A stretch of 64,000 bases of DNA from contig JBLRWU010000001.1 in assembly GCA_047921155.1 (NCBI GenBank), positions 5,362 through 69,361 on the forward strand, in the 5' to 3' direction. The notes below the pieces were generated by a model, which saw only the letters and a program-made list of their open reading frames with translations, ran no database searches and was not told the origin of the DNA. The position numbers and the translations under genes were made by a program. This stretch comes from Desulfurivibrio sp. (GTDB taxonomy: Bacteria; Desulfobacterota; Desulfobulbia; Desulfobulbales; Desulfurivibrionaceae). Each line of letters starts with the position of its first letter. Position 1 is the stretch's first letter. Shown one piece after another: positions 55,211 to 64,000 of the stretch.

Positions 55211-56293
55211 TCACCCACAATAACCACTCAGACGCCGGCGCAGGAAATTGTCGAATGACTCCTCCATAAACAGGGCCACCCGCAGGGCCACCAGCGGATA
55301 ATCATCAGGCAGGAGCTGGAGCTTGACCAGATCCTTTTCGGTGGTGATCAAGCCTCCAGCCCCCCGTTCACGGGCCGCCGCGGTCAACTCGGCCAAGTCC
55401 GCCTCCGTGTAGGGATGATGGTCGGCGAAGGAGCGAAAGCCGGTAACCAGAAAATTTACCCTTTGCAGGGTCTCCAGAAATGACCGGGGCTGGGCAATCC
55501 CGGCAAAACCGTACCAGGGCTTGCCTCGCCCCCTGTCCAGGGCCATGCTCTTGCCCGAACGGCCGTCCAGCAAGCAGACCGGCAGATATTCCCCGATAAA
55601 ACAAGGGGTGGCCGGCAACAGCTCTTGGAGAAAGCGGCGAAACTGCCCCACCTGCTCCCGGTTGCCGTCATCCACTCCGGTGATGACCAGGGCATCGGCC
55701 CGCCCCAGGGCGGACCAGGGCTCCCGCAGGGGACCGCCGGGGAACACCCTGGCCCCGAGGGGCAGGTCGCGGGCGCTGAAAAGGACCAGATCAAGATCGC
55801 GGGCCAAGGCCAGATGCTGAAAGCCGTCGTCGAGCAGCAGGGAACCCGCCCCCAGTTTTTTTACGGCATGACCACCGCTTAGTGTCCGTTGCCTGGCAAC
55901 CACTACCGGCACCCCCGGCAGGGAGCGGGCCAGCAACACCGGTTCATCCCCTGCCCGCTCTGGCCCCACCAGCAACCCGCCGTCCTCGGAACCATCGGCA
56001 ACCACGATCACTTGATCAGCGCTAACCCAGGATGATTTACGGCCGTAGCCCCGACTGAGAACGGCCGGTTTCAGTCCCATCGCCCCCAGTAACCGGGCAA
56101 TATGGATCACCAACGGGGTCTTGCCGGTCCCTCCCATGGTCAGATTACCGACGCTGATCACCGGAACCGCCATTTTTTGCTGCCGCAACAAGTTATGGCG
56201 GTAGAGCCAGGCCCGCAGATGCATCAGCAGGGTGTAGAGGGGCGAGAACAGCAGCCCCACGGCAAACAGTAACCGCAGACGGCGTGAAGTCAT
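55211..56293 (-). CDS. lpxK: Tetraacyldisaccharide 4'-kinase
   Basis: SVGNLTMGGTGKTP, SRGYG, GDEP, DDGFQH, PLRE, DHH, TTEKD. Confidence 0.95.
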   Translation of the reverse strand: MTSRRLRLLFAVGLLFSPLYTLLMHLRAWLYRHNLLRQQKMAVPVISVGNLTMGGTGKTPLVIHIARLLGAMGLKPAVLSRGYGRKSSWVSADQVIVVADGSEDGGLLVGPERAGDEPVLLARSLPGVPVVVARQRTLSGGHAVKKLGAGSLLLDDGFQHLALARDLDLVLFSARDLPLGARVFPGGPLREPWSALGRADALVITGVDDGNREQVGQFRRFLQELLPATPCFIGEYLPVCLLDGRSGKSMALDRGRGKPWYGFAGIAQPRSFLETLQRVNFLVTGFRSFADHHPYTEADLAELTAAARERGAGGLITTEKDLVKLQLLPDDYPLVALRVALFMEESFDNFLRRRLSGYCG

Positions 56294-57618
56294 CTTTCCT
56301 CCTTCAGGGGCAAGTCAGAATTAAGCAGTTTGGCGATCATCTCCAGGTGGGCCATCGGCACCCCCCCGCTCCGGATCTCCACCAGTTCGTAGGCCCGCTG
56401 CCCGGCGGCGGCCAGGACGGCAGGCTCTCGCAACCAGCAGGATACGGCGGCGACGGTATGTTCCTGGTCGTTGACCCGGCAGGCCCCACCCACCGCCAGC
56501 AAATCACGGCTGATTTCGGCGAAGTCTTCCATGTGCGGGCCGAAAAGCAGGGGCCTTCGGCAAGCCGCCGCCTCCAAGGGGTTATGCCCCCCCGCCGGCA
56601 CCAGGCTGCCGCCGACAAAGGCAAGGTCACAGAGGGGATAAAGGGCGGTCAGCTCTCCGTAACTATCCAGGATCAGAACTTCCCAAGGGTCAGGGCTCAA
56701 CACGGTGCGCAACCGGGCCCGACAATCATGTTTCCGGGCCAATTCCAGCACGGAGGCCGCCCGCTCCACCCGGCGCGGAGCCAGAATCAGGACCAATTCG
56801 GGAAACTCCCCGGTCAGTTGCCGCCAGGCCCGCAACAGGATCTCCTCCTCCCCGGCATGGGTGCTGCCCGCCAGCCAGAGCAGCTTTTCCGGCCCGATCC
56901 CCAGCGTCTCCCGGCTCAACCGCGATGGCGCCCCCCCCGAAACCGGGCGCTCCAGGGCCGCCGGATATTTAAGGTTGCCCAGAACTCCCACTTTGGCCGG
57001 GGGCAGGCCCAGGCCACGCAGGCGCTCCGCCTCCTCCGCAGTCTGCATGGAGAGCAAAGCAAAGGGCGCGAAAAGCAGGGGGCGGGCCAGGAAGCGCCAG
57101 CGCCGATACCAACGCCAGGAGGAGGCGGAGAGCCTCCCGTTGACCAGCAGCAGCGGCACCCCCCGGACCTTAAGGGAACGAATCAGATTGGGCCAGAGAT
57201 CGGTTTCCACCAGGATAAAGAGATCGGGGCGCAAATCCCGGACCAGCCGGTTCATCGCCCAGGGCAGGTCGTAGGGCAACACCTCCAGGCGATCCACCAG
57301 CTCGGCGCAACTTGCCGCCGCCAGGGCGGCTCCGGCCCGGGTGGAGCTGGAAAGAATCAGGGTGGCATCCGGATAACGGCCGCGCAGGGCCCGCAACAGC
57401 GGCCGGGCCGAAGCAGTTTCCCCCACCGAAAGGGCATGGAGCCAGATCCGTACCCCCCCCTTTTTTTGCCCTCTTCTTCCCCCGGGGCCGGCAATCAAGC
57501 CCAGACGGCGGCCGATCCAGGTGGCGTAGCCGGGCACGCGGATCGCTTTGACTATCAGCAGCGGAAGGGCTAGAATCAGCGCCACCGGCAACCCGATGTT
57601 ATAGATCAACCTTATCAT
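56290..57618 (-). CDS. waaA: Kdo transferase
   Basis: WLHALSVGE, ETDLWPN, GNLK, AGSTH.GEE, FVGGSL...GGHNPLE. Confidence 0.94.
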   Translation of the reverse strand: MIRLIYNIGLPVALILALPLLIVKAIRVPGYATWIGRRLGLIAGPGGRRGQKKGGVRIWLHALSVGETASARPLLRALRGRYPDATLILSSSTRAGAALAAASCAELVDRLEVLPYDLPWAMNRLVRDLRPDLFILVETDLWPNLIRSLKVRGVPLLLVNGRLSASSWRWYRRWRFLARPLLFAPFALLSMQTAEEAERLRGLGLPPAKVGVLGNLKYPAALERPVSGGAPSRLSRETLGIGPEKLLWLAGSTHAGEEEILLRAWRQLTGEFPELVLILAPRRVERAASVLELARKHDCRARLRTVLSPDPWEVLILDSYGELTALYPLCDLAFVGGSLVPAGGHNPLEAAACRRPLLFGPHMEDFAEISRDLLAVGGACRVNDQEHTVAAVSCWLREPAVLAAAGQRAYELVEIRSGGVPMAHLEMIAKLLNSDLPLKEER

Positions 57619-57626
57619 TGGCCACC

Positions 57627-58349
57627 ATGAACATTATACTGATCCACCCCGAGGAAGCCGACGGCAACCGGGTAATCTTACGCGACCACCGGGCCCGGCA
57701 TATCCGCAAGGTGCTGAAGGGCAAGCCCGGAGACACCCTGCGGGTGGGCCTGGTCGACGGCCCCATGGGCTCCGGCCTGATCCGCCATCTTGACGCCGAG
57801 CAGGTGGAACTGCAACTGAATTGTCACACCCCCCCGCCGGCCAAGGCCGCCACCGACCTGATTCTGGCCCTGCCCCGGCCGATCATGCTGAAACGGGTGC
57901 TGGCCCAAGCGACCTCCATGGGGGTGGGACGCATCATGCTGATCAACGCCAACCGGGTGGAAAAAAGCTTCTGGCAATCCTCATTGCTGACGGACGAACA
58001 GTTAGCCGCCGCCCTGCAACAGGGACTGGAGCAGGCGGTGGATACCCGCCTGCCCACCCTCACCCTCCATCGGCGTTTCCGCCCCTTTATCGAGGATCAA
58101 CTGCCCGGGATGAACCAGGAATACCGGTTGCGGCTGCTGGCCCACCCCGGAGCGGAACCCACTCCCCGGGCAACCGCGACCCTTCCCGACCACAGCCGGC
58201 GGCTGCTGGCCATCGGCCCGGAAGGGGGCTGGGTTGATTTCGAGGTTGACTGTTTCCGCCGGCAGGATTTTCAGCTTTTCTCCTTGGGTTCGCGCATCCT
58301 GCGGGTGGATACCGCCATTCCCGCCCTGCTCGCCGCCACCATGGGGTAG
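57627..58349 (+). CDS. rsmE: 16S rRNA m3U1498 methyltransferase
   Basis: HIRKVLK, LALPRP, EQA, IGPEGG, LGSRILRVDTA. Confidence 0.92.
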   Translation: MNIILIHPEEADGNRVILRDHRARHIRKVLKGKPGDTLRVGLVDGPMGSGLIRHLDAEQVELQLNCHTPPPAKAATDLILALPRPIMLKRVLAQATSMGVGRIMLINANRVEKSFWQSSLLTDEQLAAALQQGLEQAVDTRLPTLTLHRRFRPFIEDQLPGMNQEYRLRLLAHPGAEPTPRATATLPDHSRRLLAIGPEGGWVDFEVDCFRRQDFQLFSLGSRILRVDTAIPALLAATMG

Positions 58350-58355
58350 CTTGCC

Positions 58356-59963
58356 CTATTTTTTTAGTTTTTGGCGCAGCCTGTCAACCAGCATGGTCAG
58401 TTCCGGCAGATTAAGTCGGTGGAGAACCAGGCCGTAGATGACGGCGCTGCTGCTGATGCAGACCGTCACCGCCAGGATATCGAGCAAGAGCCGGTCCTCC
58501 CCCGGGCCGCCGGGGAAGAACCACTGGCGCAGCCCGAAGAGCCAGATGCCCATGAGCAGCGAGGCCAGAGAGATTTTACCCAACCCCTTAAAGACCGGGA
58601 CCAGGGGATAACCTCCCAGGGTGCGATGGAGCATAATGCTCAGAAAGATAAAATTGGCGGTCATCGCCACCGAGATGGAGAGCGCCAGGGCCTGGTGCCG
58701 CAGCCACTCAATGGTGGCCAGAATAAAGAGCAGATTGACCGCCATGGTCAGGAAACTGCCCATCACCGGGTAACGGGGTCGATCCAGGGCGTAGAAGACC
58801 GGGACCATGATCTTGACCGCGGCATAGGCAAAGAGGCCCGCCGCGTAGCAAACCAGAGCCTCCGAGGTGCCGATGGTGGCCAGGGCATCGAAGCGGCCAT
58901 GCTGAAAAATCACCCGGATAATCGGCTGGGCCAGCAGGATCAGGCCGACCCCGGCGGGAATACTGAGGCAGAAGGCCATATTCAGCGAGGAGACGTAGGT
59001 TTCCTTGAGTCGGGGAAAGTCGCGTTCGGCGGCAAACCGGGAGACCACCGGCATGGTGGCCACCGACAGAGCCACCCCGAACAGCCCCACCGGCAACCAG
59101 AAGAGCCGGAAGGCGTAGTTGAGCCAGGACAGGGTTCCTTCGGGTAACGAGGAGGCAAAATAGGTGTTGATCAGGATATTGAGCTGCAAGGGGGCCAGGC
59201 CCACCACCGCCGGCAGCATCAGGAGCAGGATGCGGCGCAGGCCGGGGTCGCGGAGATTGAGGTGCGGGGTAAAGCGGAACCCGGTTCGAAACAGAGCCGG
59301 CAACTGGCAGGCCAGTTGCAGCACCCCGCCCACCAGAATCCCGATCGCCATCCCGACGATGGCCGGCTGACCGAAGCGGGGCAGCAGCAACGCCAGACTG
59401 ACCCCAGCCAGTAGAGAGCCCAGGTTAAAAAAACTGGAGGAGAGTGCCGGGACGAAAAAACGGCCCTTGGTGTTCAAAATCCCCATCACCACAGCGGCCA
59501 ACGAGACCAGCACCAGAAAGGGGAACATGATGGCGGTGAGTTTGGCGGTCAGCTCCACTTTGCCCGGGGTCCGGGCGAACTCATCCTGGACCAGCAATCC
59601 CACCAGCTGCTCCGAGGCGAGGATTCCCACCAGGGTAAGTAAACTGAGAAAAACCCCGAAAAAGACCAGCACGTTACTGGCCAGCTTCCAGGTTTCCCGC
59701 TCCCCCTTGGTGGCATTGTGCCCGGCAAAGACCGCGACGAAGGCGGCGCTCAGGGCCCCTTCACCAAAGAGATCGCGCAGCAGGTTGGGAATCCGGAAGG
59801 CCACCACGAAGGCATCAAAGGCGTAACCAGCCCCAAAGAGGATGGCGAAGGCCTGCTCCCGCACCAACCCCAACACCCGGCTGCACAACACCGCAACACT
59901 GACCACGACGGCGGACTTGGCAATGGTGGCGGTGGTGGCGTGGTTGTCGGAGGTTTTCGGCAT
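58356..59963 (-). CDS. murJ: Lipid II flippase MurJ (MviN)
   Basis: SRVLGLVRE, AFRIPNLLRDLFGEGALSAAF, LPVGLFG. Start at ATG 59963. Confidence 0.96.
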   Translation of the reverse strand: MPKTSDNHATTATIAKSAVVVSVAVLCSRVLGLVREQAFAILFGAGYAFDAFVVAFRIPNLLRDLFGEGALSAAFVAVFAGHNATKGERETWKLASNVLVFFGVFLSLLTLVGILASEQLVGLLVQDEFARTPGKVELTAKLTAIMFPFLVLVSLAAVVMGILNTKGRFFVPALSSSFFNLGSLLAGVSLALLLPRFGQPAIVGMAIGILVGGVLQLACQLPALFRTGFRFTPHLNLRDPGLRRILLLMLPAVVGLAPLQLNILINTYFASSLPEGTLSWLNYAFRLFWLPVGLFGVALSVATMPVVSRFAAERDFPRLKETYVSSLNMAFCLSIPAGVGLILLAQPIIRVIFQHGRFDALATIGTSEALVCYAAGLFAYAAVKIMVPVFYALDRPRYPVMGSFLTMAVNLLFILATIEWLRHQALALSISVAMTANFIFLSIMLHRTLGGYPLVPVFKGLGKISLASLLMGIWLFGLRQWFFPGGPGEDRLLLDILAVTVCISSSAVIYGLVLHRLNLPELTMLVDRLRQKLKK

Positions 59964-60162
59964 GAGCTGACAGTCTCGTTCTTTAAGCAACAATTCCCGG
60001 CCGCAAGGGTCCGGAGCTACAGGGCAAAGCGGTAACAACTTAGCAGGCGCAACCGGCAAAAACAAGCGGCGTTTCACCGCGACGGCTTGACTTTAGCCCC
60101 CGGCCCGGAATAGTATGCCGAACGGTTACGGATCAATTAAATCCAGACGAAGAGCGTAAGAG

Positions 60163-60657
60163 ATGACGACCTATACCTGTGCAGTGCTGACCACCAGCGA
60201 CAAGGGCTTCAGGGGAGAGCGGGAGGACACCAGTGGTCCGGCCCTGCGGAAGGTATTGAGTGAGAGGGGGTTTACGGTGGCGGATCACGCCCTGGTGCCC
60301 GACCGGATCGAGGAGATCCGCCGGACGCTGCTGGATTGGGTGGACCAGCGGAAGATCGATCTGATCGTCACCACCGGCGGCACCGGGCTCAGCCCCAGCG
60401 ATGTTACCCCCGAAGCGGTAAGACCTTTACTGGAGCGGGAAATTCCCGGGATGGCCGAAGCGATGCGGGCCGCCAGCCTGCTGAAGACCCGTAACGCCAT
60501 GCTTTCGCGGGCCCTGGTCGGCACCCGCGGTCAAAGCCTGATTATCAATCTGCCGGGCAGCCGCAAGGCAGCCCTGGAAAACCTGGAAGTTCTGCTGCCC
60601 ACCCTGCCCCATGCCCTGGAAAAGATCCAGGGCAGCACCGAGGATTGCCAGCCATAA
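60163..60657 (+). CDS. MogA/MoaB family molybdopterin adenylyltransferase
   Basis: SD...REDTSG, TTGGTG...DVTPEA, SRA, INLPGS. Confidence 0.93.
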   Translation: MTTYTCAVLTTSDKGFRGEREDTSGPALRKVLSERGFTVADHALVPDRIEEIRRTLLDWVDQRKIDLIVTTGGTGLSPSDVTPEAVRPLLEREIPGMAEAMRAASLLKTRNAMLSRALVGTRGQSLIINLPGSRKAALENLEVLLPTLPHALEKIQGSTEDCQP

Positions 60658-60666
60658 CATTTACTT

Positions 60667-61728
60667 TCAACAGCTTACTTCAACCACCGGCTCATCCCCG
60701 TTTTTCTTGGAAAGGGCCGCGATCTCACCGATCAGGTAAGGGGTTTCCCCCAATGCCTCCAGTTGATTGCAGGCATCTTCCGCTTCCTTGGCATCGACCA
60801 CCACCACCATGCCGATTCCGTTGTTGAAGGTCCGGCACATCTCGTCGTTGGAGACTTTCCCGTTCTTGCGGAGGAATTCGAAAATCGGCAACACTTCCCA
60901 GCTTTTGGCGTTGAGTACCGCCTTGCAGCCGTTGGGCAGCACCCGGGGAATATTGTCGATCAATCCGCCGCCGGTGATATGGACCATCCCCTTTACCTTA
61001 TAATTCTTGATCAGGTTGAGCAGGGTTTCGCTGTAGATCCGGGTCGGTCGCAACAGCTCCTCGCCCAGGGTGCAACCGAATTCGTCGATCCGATCGCTGA
61101 CCGAAAGCTTCATATCATCAAAACAGATCTTGCGGACCAGGGAGTAGCCGTTACTGTGAATACCGCTGGAGGCCAGGCCGATCAGGGTATCACCCACCCG
61201 GATATCGGAACCGTCGATAATCTTCTCCCGCTCGCTGATCCCGACTACGAATCCCGCCAGATCATACTCCCCGCTGCGGTACATCCCCGGCATCTCGGCG
61301 GTTTCTCCGCCGATCAACGAGCAGTGGGCGATCTCGCAACCCCTGGCGATCCCCTTGACCACATCGGCGGCCACATCCAGATCCAGGCCCCCGGAGGCGA
61401 AATAATCCAGAAAAAAGAGGGGATGGGCCCCGGATACCGCGATATCATTAACGCACATCGCCACCAGATCGATGCCGATGGTATCGTGCTTACCGCACAT
61501 CTGGGCGATCATCAGTTTGGTACCGACCCCATCGGTGGAGGAGACCAGCACCGGATCCTTGTACTTGCCGCTGCCCAGGGCGAACAGCCCGCCGAAGCCG
61601 CCGATCCCGGTCAAAACCCCGGAACGGAAGGTGGCGGAAACCATCGGCTTGATCCTTTCCACAAACTCGTTACCCTTGTCGATATCAACCCCGGCCTCGG
61701 CGTACCGGGAGGTTTCCTTCTTGGCCAT
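60667..61728 (-). CDS. purM: AIR synthetase
   Basis: YAEAGVDID, TDGVGTK, MCVND, GGETAEMPG, HSNGYSL, HITGGG. Start at ATG 61728. Confidence 0.97.
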   Translation of the reverse strand: MAKKETSRYAEAGVDIDKGNEFVERIKPMVSATFRSGVLTGIGGFGGLFALGSGKYKDPVLVSSTDGVGTKLMIAQMCGKHDTIGIDLVAMCVNDIAVSGAHPLFFLDYFASGGLDLDVAADVVKGIARGCEIAHCSLIGGETAEMPGMYRSGEYDLAGFVVGISEREKIIDGSDIRVGDTLIGLASSGIHSNGYSLVRKICFDDMKLSVSDRIDEFGCTLGEELLRPTRIYSETLLNLIKNYKVKGMVHITGGGLIDNIPRVLPNGCKAVLNAKSWEVLPIFEFLRKNGKVSNDEMCRTFNNGIGMVVVVDAKEAEDACNQLEALGETPYLIGEIAALSKKNGDEPVVEVSC

Positions 61729-61872
61729 ATTAAATCTCGTGAGTCCTTGCGAAAGTTGCGGCAATACCGCCGGCGCTGAATGGTCGGCGGCACCTGTCCG
61801 CCGGTGTGATGACAACCCCTGCTCTTTACTGACCAGAGGGCAAAAAGTCAACGAATTTTGCCTTTGCTTACA

Positions 61873-61901
61873 TTGACCTTACCTTGATTGTGCATTATCC
61901 T
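61873..61901 (+). promoter_or_regulatory. Sigma-70-type promoter of the zinc-ribbon gene
   Basis: TTGACC-17 bp-TATCCT. Confidence 0.5.
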
Positions 61902-61995
61902 ACCCCACTGAATCAAGTCATTCCGCATCCGCCCCCGAATCCATTCCGGTTTTCGACGGATACAAATTACCCCGACCTTTTGAGGAGTCATCCCG

Positions 61996-62658
61996 ATGAT
62001 GGAAGATCGCACCGAACGTTGCCTGCGCCTGGCGCGGGAAGAACATTTCTGCCCCCACTGCCAGCAGCAGCTCTCCTGCTGCGAGGCCCCCCCATTTCAT
62101 GTCGGCGACGGCCTGGGCTGGGGCACCGACATTCTCTTTATCTGCCTCAATGATGAGTGTTCCCTCTACGCCAAGGGCTGGCAGGAGTTCGAAGACCGTT
62201 ACGGCCACTCCGCCTCTTGCCGCTATGTCCTCTGCCCCGGTAACGAAAAAGGGGAGAGCATGATGGTGGGCGGCGCCAACGCCTTCAAGGGCTCCGAGGT
62301 CGATGTGGCGGCCCTGATGAAGCAGAACAAACGCTACCGCCGCCAGAAGGAAGCGGAAGCGCAGCTGATCGAATGTGTCGCCGCAAAAAACCTGGAGCCG
62401 GTACTCTACCTGCTCACCGACGAACACGCCGATCTGCCGGTTCGCAAAAAGGCCTGCGAACTGCTGCTGGAGCTGAAGGATCTGGCCTGCATCGACCCCC
62501 TGCGCAACCACAGCTTCCGTAACACCGACTTGGAGCAGCAGGTCAACATGGCCATCATTGAACTGCTGAAAATGATGCATCGCAGGGAGTGCCCGGCCTG
62601 TGCCGAGATCATCAAAAGCCAGGCCAAAACCTGCAAGCACTGCGGTTTGACCCTGTAA
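61996..62658 (+). CDS. Zinc-ribbon domain protein of unknown function
   Basis: N-terminal CPHC...CLNDEC, helical middle, C-terminal CPAC-x10-CKHC. Confidence 0.8.
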   Translation: MMEDRTERCLRLAREEHFCPHCQQQLSCCEAPPFHVGDGLGWGTDILFICLNDECSLYAKGWQEFEDRYGHSASCRYVLCPGNEKGESMMVGGANAFKGSEVDVAALMKQNKRYRRQKEAEAQLIECVAAKNLEPVLYLLTDEHADLPVRKKACELLLELKDLACIDPLRNHSFRNTDLEQQVNMAIIELLKMMHRRECPACAEIIKSQAKTCKHCGLTL

Positions 62659-62691
62659 ATTACAGCCGGGTGCCGACCCCACGATTTCCCC

Positions 62692-62720
62692 TTGCCAAAA
62701 GTGGGGAGATTGGCTATATA
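62692..62720 (+). promoter_or_regulatory. Sigma-70-type promoter of tRNA-His
   Basis: TTGCCA-17 bp-TATATA. Confidence 0.6.
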
Positions 62721-62766
62721 AGGCCCTTCCTGACCCCATCATCCCAAGTGGTGGGGCCGGGCCTAT

Positions 62767-62844
62767 GGTGGGCGTGGCTCAGTTGGTTAGAGCACCGGGT
62801 TGTGGCCCCGGAGGTCGGGGGTTCAAGTCCCCTCGCTCACCCCA
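62767..62844 (+). tRNA. tRNA-His (anticodon GTG), including the encoded G-1
   Basis: G-GTGGGCG acceptor stem, TT-GTG-GC loop, GGTTCAAGTCC T arm, C73 discriminator, CCA. Confidence 0.96.
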
Positions 62845-62855
62845 GGATAATTACC

Positions 62856-62890
62856 AGGGCTGTCGGATTTACCGGCGGCCCTTTTTTTAT
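62856..62890 (+). terminator. Intrinsic terminator after tRNA-His
   Basis: AGGGCTGTCGG-attta-CCGGCGGCCCT followed by a T run. Confidence 0.85.
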
Positions 62891-62909
62891 TTCATAATGG
62901 GAACAATTC

Positions 62910-63080
62910 ATGAACCGTTTAGTGGCCAAAGTACTGCTGGTCCTGATGGCCATTGGCCTGCTTTACAGCCTGTATGCTTTTTCCCAGGGCCGATTTATGG
63001 AGGCCATGGTGATCTACCCCCTGCTGATTGCCGGCTTTCTGCTTTCTCGAATCGGCGGCGGGGACAAGGGGGAGGATTGA
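62910..63080 (+). CDS. Small two-TM membrane protein (56 aa), not in the ORF track
   Basis: Hand translation MNRLVAKVLLVLMAIGLLYSLYAFSQGRFMEAMVIYPLLIAGFLLSRIGGGDKGED*; host-like CTG/GCC codons. Confidence 0.65.
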   Translation: MNRLVAKVLLVLMAIGLLYSLYAFSQGRFMEAMVIYPLLIAGFLLSRIGGGDKGED

Positions 63081-63213
63081 CCTGCCACCTGCTGCCGATT
63101 CCGTGCTTTTACGGTTTACGGCGGGCCGGGTTTCGGGTATATAACTCGATTCGTCGTTTTTTAGGATAGATTGCCAAGTACCATTAATTGCCGGTAGCGC
63201 ATAAGCTAAATAG

Positions 63214-64000
<787 letters not shown>

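Noticed and set aside
61729-61830. Possible ZTP (pfl) riboswitch upstream of purM (ACCGGCGGACAGGTG on the minus strand)
   Set aside because: The rest of the motif (CCAC-GGG-AG segment and 3' CGCCTGGG hairpin) is absent.
62765-63169. 134-aa ORF from the track (also 41383-41622 and the ORFs over 34414-35319)
   Set aside because: They run through tRNA, 6S RNA or zapAB sequences that explain the DNA better.

Overview
High-GC bacterial chromosomal segment. Gene content and protein styles suggest Desulfobacterota, probably a Desulfobulbales / Desulfurivibrio-like organism (inference). Most of it is core genome: recN, rarA, ppaC, csp, fba, tatA, znuACB, thrC, gpmI, secDF, purQ, tyrS, rny, 6S RNA, zapAB, malQ, an RpoD-family sigma, comEC, pilT, nadK, proC, lpxC, lpxK, waaA, rsmE, murJ, purM, ilvC, tRNA-Glu(CTC) and tRNA-His(GTG). 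I saw no CRISPR array, prophage, integrase or transposase. The most interesting elements are: (1) a tightly coupled six-gene envelope operon (36.7-41.0 kb) next to tRNA-Glu, encoding a TlpA-type CxxC lipoprotein, an orphan NosL-like protein, a small unknown protein, a MacB/LolCDE-type ABC pair and a Cys/His-motif polytopic membrane protein, with no nosZ in the window, which is a candidate uncharacterised metal/thiol trafficking system; (2) a family of ~108-bp hairpin elements with GTAA termini, one with a perfect 8-bp target-site duplication (IS66-type MITE signature), whose copies differ by compensatory base-pair changes; (3) a pseudokinase-TPR-WD40 fusion; (4) a 59-aa four-cysteine protein missing from the ORF track; (5) a TatC lacking the twin-arginine recognition residues; (6) a csp leader with an internal terminator; (7) a truncated GlmU; and (8) a sigma-54-type promoter upstream of lpxC. 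All calls come from reading motifs by eye; no database searches were run.
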